Positions 60,301 to 64,000 of a stretch of DNA of 64,000 nt are shown here, piece after piece. The stretch comes from Stylophora pistillata (taxonomy: Eukaryota), in the NCBI RefSeq assembly GCF_002571385.2, contig NW_019217873.1, positions 700,745 through 764,744 on the forward strand, in the 5' to 3' direction. The position numbers and the translations under genes were made by a program. Below the pieces are notes generated by a model, which was not told the DNA's origin, did not search any database, and was given only the letters and a program-made list of their open reading frames with translations. Position 1 is the first letter of the stretch, and each line of letters opens with the position of its first letter.

Positions 60301-62907
60301 TGTTTTTCTCCATCAAACGCCTTTGATTTTCTGCATCTGATCTGTTCGATCATCCTCTCTCATCTGAGTGGTACACGCTGATACCAATCAGAGAGATTTG
60401 TTTCTTACGAATGAGAACGTTATATAATTCTACAAGTTACATCGTTACGTAACTAAAAGCGGTCGTTCTAACAATAGTCTAATCAGCTCATTCATCACTG
60501 GATTTTACTATTTATACCCACACCGCAGATAAAAGCGCAATGACCAAGAACCTACCGTCTCCCACACTAGCGCCGCACTCAGAAATTTATGCTAACCCGT
60601 CCACGTGTCGCGTCAGGCGTTTCTTGAAACTTTTCTTGAGAATTGAAGCATGACTTAAAGGGTCAGTAAAATGTTCCTTGTAACTGACCAAAAGGTTCCA
60701 GAAAATAACCATTTGATGGTTTGTAAACTGCAGTTGCCGAACGAAGCCTTGTTATCTTCTTTGAGCAATCAATCAAGTGGATAAACGTCTTACAACTTAC
60801 AACTTCCTGTGGCTCTCTATATCTATTCTTTGTTGCAGCTTGAAATAGTAATTGTTTTTCACCTTCAGAGATCAGCCATCCTTTTATTTCACAAGGTGTT
60901 TTTAAACAACCAAATTGGAGTGCTATTGAATGTACAAGGCTGGATTTGTTATGAATGAGTTGTGCTCATGACCCAGAAACTCGATTGAAATGCGTTATAT
61001 AACCTGGCCCTCTTCTAAGCAATCCTCCTCAGATGTTTATGTCTGTGAATAACACTTTCCACTTGGAAAGTTTCAAGTTTAATTCAATGAAGCCAGCAAA
61101 GGTGTCTCGCCAATTGACATCGCGTAATGGTTATGGTTTTCCAAGTGATTTGGTGACAGGGCAAGTCTCTTTGCCATTCCATGTGTGAGCTGGCCTCCCG
61201 CAAAGGAAACCTGCTGGCGGGTTGATTTGATAGAAAATGATGATTGACAGATTTTTAGTGACCTTAATGAGTGGGTTGTCTGTCACAACTCGCACAAAAT
61301 TTGTTTCAGTCATGTTTGTTTATTAATTAGAAAAACGGACTGCCTGAGGTTAACGGGTAACACTTTCAGGGCATAAGCTCATCACTCAAGTGAATGGTCT
61401 TATCGCTGTGCATATTAACGTTGCGATGTTTTCCCGCACGTACGTCCGCCAAAAGAGAAAGATGTCGCAAACAGACGGACGAATTGCAAACGTAATCGGT
61501 AAGACGTATGATTCCATCTATTACCGCCTTGAAATGATCAATTTTCGAGCACACATGATCGTATAAACCAATGGGGCCTCATAAGCGTATACACGTAAAA
61601 TCTACATCTGTTCTCGTGTTTCGAGGTAGGGTGAAGAGTTTTTGCTGGCGCTAATCAAATCGTATGGATAACTCGGCAAAGCAAAGCCTTCTGCGCAGAG
61701 TCTAGGGTCATCTAAGTTGTAGTAAGGCACTAGGAACTGTTCAAAATTAAGTTACAAACAACGTAGAATACAGGGGTTTTCTTTATTACGAAGCATTTTG
61801 GCTACAGAGCTCAATTGCACACGCTCAGGTAAAGAGGAGTGTTCTTGATCGATCCTCGGAGATATTCAATGTCGTTAATTCGATGGAGCCTTTCATGGGT
61901 CACTCTTTCGTTTCTACGCTTCTCTCTTCATCTAAGGATCAGCTAATTTGGTTCCGAAGCGATAAGAAATGAAACCGGTCTAACTGACAGAAAAGTGACC
62001 AAATTGAGTCATTCTCAGTCGGCATCGCACGGCGACTCTGTAGGCGAGCCAGACAAGGTATAGGTGTAAAGCTGTTTCGTCTCCAGTAAATAGATGCCGA
62101 TAGTGACTTACTCTCGTCTCATCAAATCGCTCTTGTCATCGACGAGACGTAGATGGAGGGACCGATTTTCGGCAAGGAAACGAATTAGAATTCAAATTCT
62201 CCCACGAGGCTGATCGTCACGATTTACTGTTTCAATTCCAGCGAGACTCAAGCTTCCCCCCCTTTCTTTTCATTTATTTCTTTATAGAGTTTAGCTTTCT
62301 AGAGTGAGGAATCCATCCTTCCAGTTTCTCTAATCATTTAGAAACGTAATCTTCCGTATGTTATGATACAGCACAAGAGAGAGTTTGGTCGTCGGTTCGT
62401 TTCCCCTGGCGCCAAGCAACTGTATCTAATGACTAAATGATCACTGTTACTAATCAGTGTTATGTATAAACATGTACGTTTTGAATGCGAGCATAAAGCG
62501 GGGCCTTCACTTATTGTATTCCATTCAGTGGTGTTGAGATTTGTTCCTTCCGCCATATCATGTTGGTAACGAGCAGACATTTGCCTTCTTGATTAGATGT
62601 TACTAAAAGATATTAATGTCGTCCTGTCTGAATTGAAATGCGAACAACCGTGCTCTGTTAAAAAAAAAAAAAAAAAAAAAAATCTTCATGTGTTCGAGCC
62701 CACCCTGCATGCAGGGAGCAAAGCCCGCCCTCCTCTCGCGAGTTTTTTTCAGGAGGCATTTGCAGGGAAAAAGTATTCGCTACATCATAATAGGTAGAAG
62801 AGGTTAATTGTGAGAGCCGGTTTTACTGAAAGGAAGCTTCACGGTCTGCGTCACTTGTCAAGGGAACGTGTTGAAATGAAAGGTTAAATACGGGAGCTCG
62901 TTGGTAA

Positions 62908-63132
62908 GGAGCCGACCATTTAACTCTTGAGGGGAGGGGGGTTGGGTGATTTTGAAAAAAATTTTCCTGCAAGCGCCTGTTGGAAGAAAAAAATTGCATG
63001 CAGCCCAAATGCAACAGAAAAAAAAAGAGTATTTATAACGGAAAAATATCCTGCACAGCAGATTGCTAGAAAAAAGATTTCTTGATGACCAGAAATCACC
63101 CACTCCCCCTCAAAAGTTAAATGGTCGGCCCC
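62908..63132. mobile_element. PIF/Harbinger (Tourist-like) MITE
   Basis: TIR GGAGCCGACCATTTAACTCTTGAGGGG / CCCCTCAAAAGTTAAATGGTCGGCCCC; TAA TSD. Confidence 0.85.
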
Positions 63133-64000
63133 TAAGAGTTTTTTTTTTCAAGCCGTAACTCTGATAAGCTTTGCCCAAGACATTGTTTTGTTCGATAGGT
63201 CACTTCAATAAAAAAAAAAAATAATTGTTTACAGCATGACACTGACAGGGAAAACCAACCTCGATGCAAAGACTGCCTAATGCTACAATTTATTATTGTT
63301 CGGCATGGTTGCACCGCATTATCAAGTGCTCAACTGATAAACTTTTCTCAAGAAGCTGAAGTTTTTTTTCCATGTCTCTTAAAGAAAAACCTCTATTAAG
63401 CATAGCAGAAAACCTATCACAAGATAGTTGCTGATGCAAAGGCTACCTTATGTTATGTATTATTATTGTTCGACATTGTTCCACTCCGTTATCAAGTGCT
63501 CATTTGATAAATCAAAAGCCAGGGTCTTTGTTTACTCATAGCGTGCCTTTTTCTTGATCCTAGAAAAGTTTTGAAACTCATAAAGCTACAGATTCTTATC
63601 TTTGATTTTTATATTCAGCGTATTTTTGAGAATGCTAAGCTGCGGTTCCAATCTTTCATATGGTAGCCAAAGATTGCCTTCACCTTATAGTACTTCATTA
63701 ATAAGCCCATCGCTTACAGAATCAATTTTGAAACGGAATGCACTGAGAAATATTGCATGCAATGGATGAAGATGAGTTATCTTACTTTGTTTTTTGGATT
63801 TGCTTTCAAACAGCAGAAGAAATGTCCGCGCAATTGGAAATTAGAAAATTCATTGACCTCGCGACCGTTATGTCTCATGTGATGAAACTGAGCGTGAATA
63901 AGTTATCATCTAATAACAAAGCCATCGAGACCTTGCCTAGGTTTAAAACAAAGGCCAGACATGGTCATGTGCTGTGATTTTTCGAGTGGTGTTTGCTTCA

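Noticed and set aside
63260-63510. ~170-bp degenerate tandem duplication
   Set aside because: Real but old, with no structural or coding signal.

Overview
Eukaryotic, intron-rich, AT-rich genomic DNA. The genes and repeat families suggest a cnidarian, most likely a stony coral (inference). Genes reconstructed by eye from splice sites and exon phases: (1) the 5' part of a secreted CILP-like extracellular-matrix gene (minus strand, runs off the left edge) with the architecture signal peptide / follistatin-Kazal / EF-hand / 5xTSP1 / carboxypeptidase-regulatory-like / Ig; (2) an intronless BTB-BACK-Kelch gene head-to-head with SNRPE (SmE), whose first intron is U12-type; (3) NME5; (4) a ~20-exon WDR87/WDR97-family gene with tRNA-Gln(CTG), tRNA-Gly(TCC) and a tRNA-Gly pseudogene in one intron; (5) three orphan ORFs. 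The non-coding space is packed with small mobile elements: a SINE, a decayed CR1/L2-type LINE, nested MITEs including a THAP-bearing Kolobok-like palindrome, and Penelope-type elements with minimal hammerhead motifs. The most unusual signal is a family of TSD-flanked, inverted, circularly permuted ~247-bp units built around a tRNA-like cloverleaf, which look as if they were copied from a circular or multimeric template. The region from 54 to 64 kb appears gene-free. All calls are manual; no searches were run.
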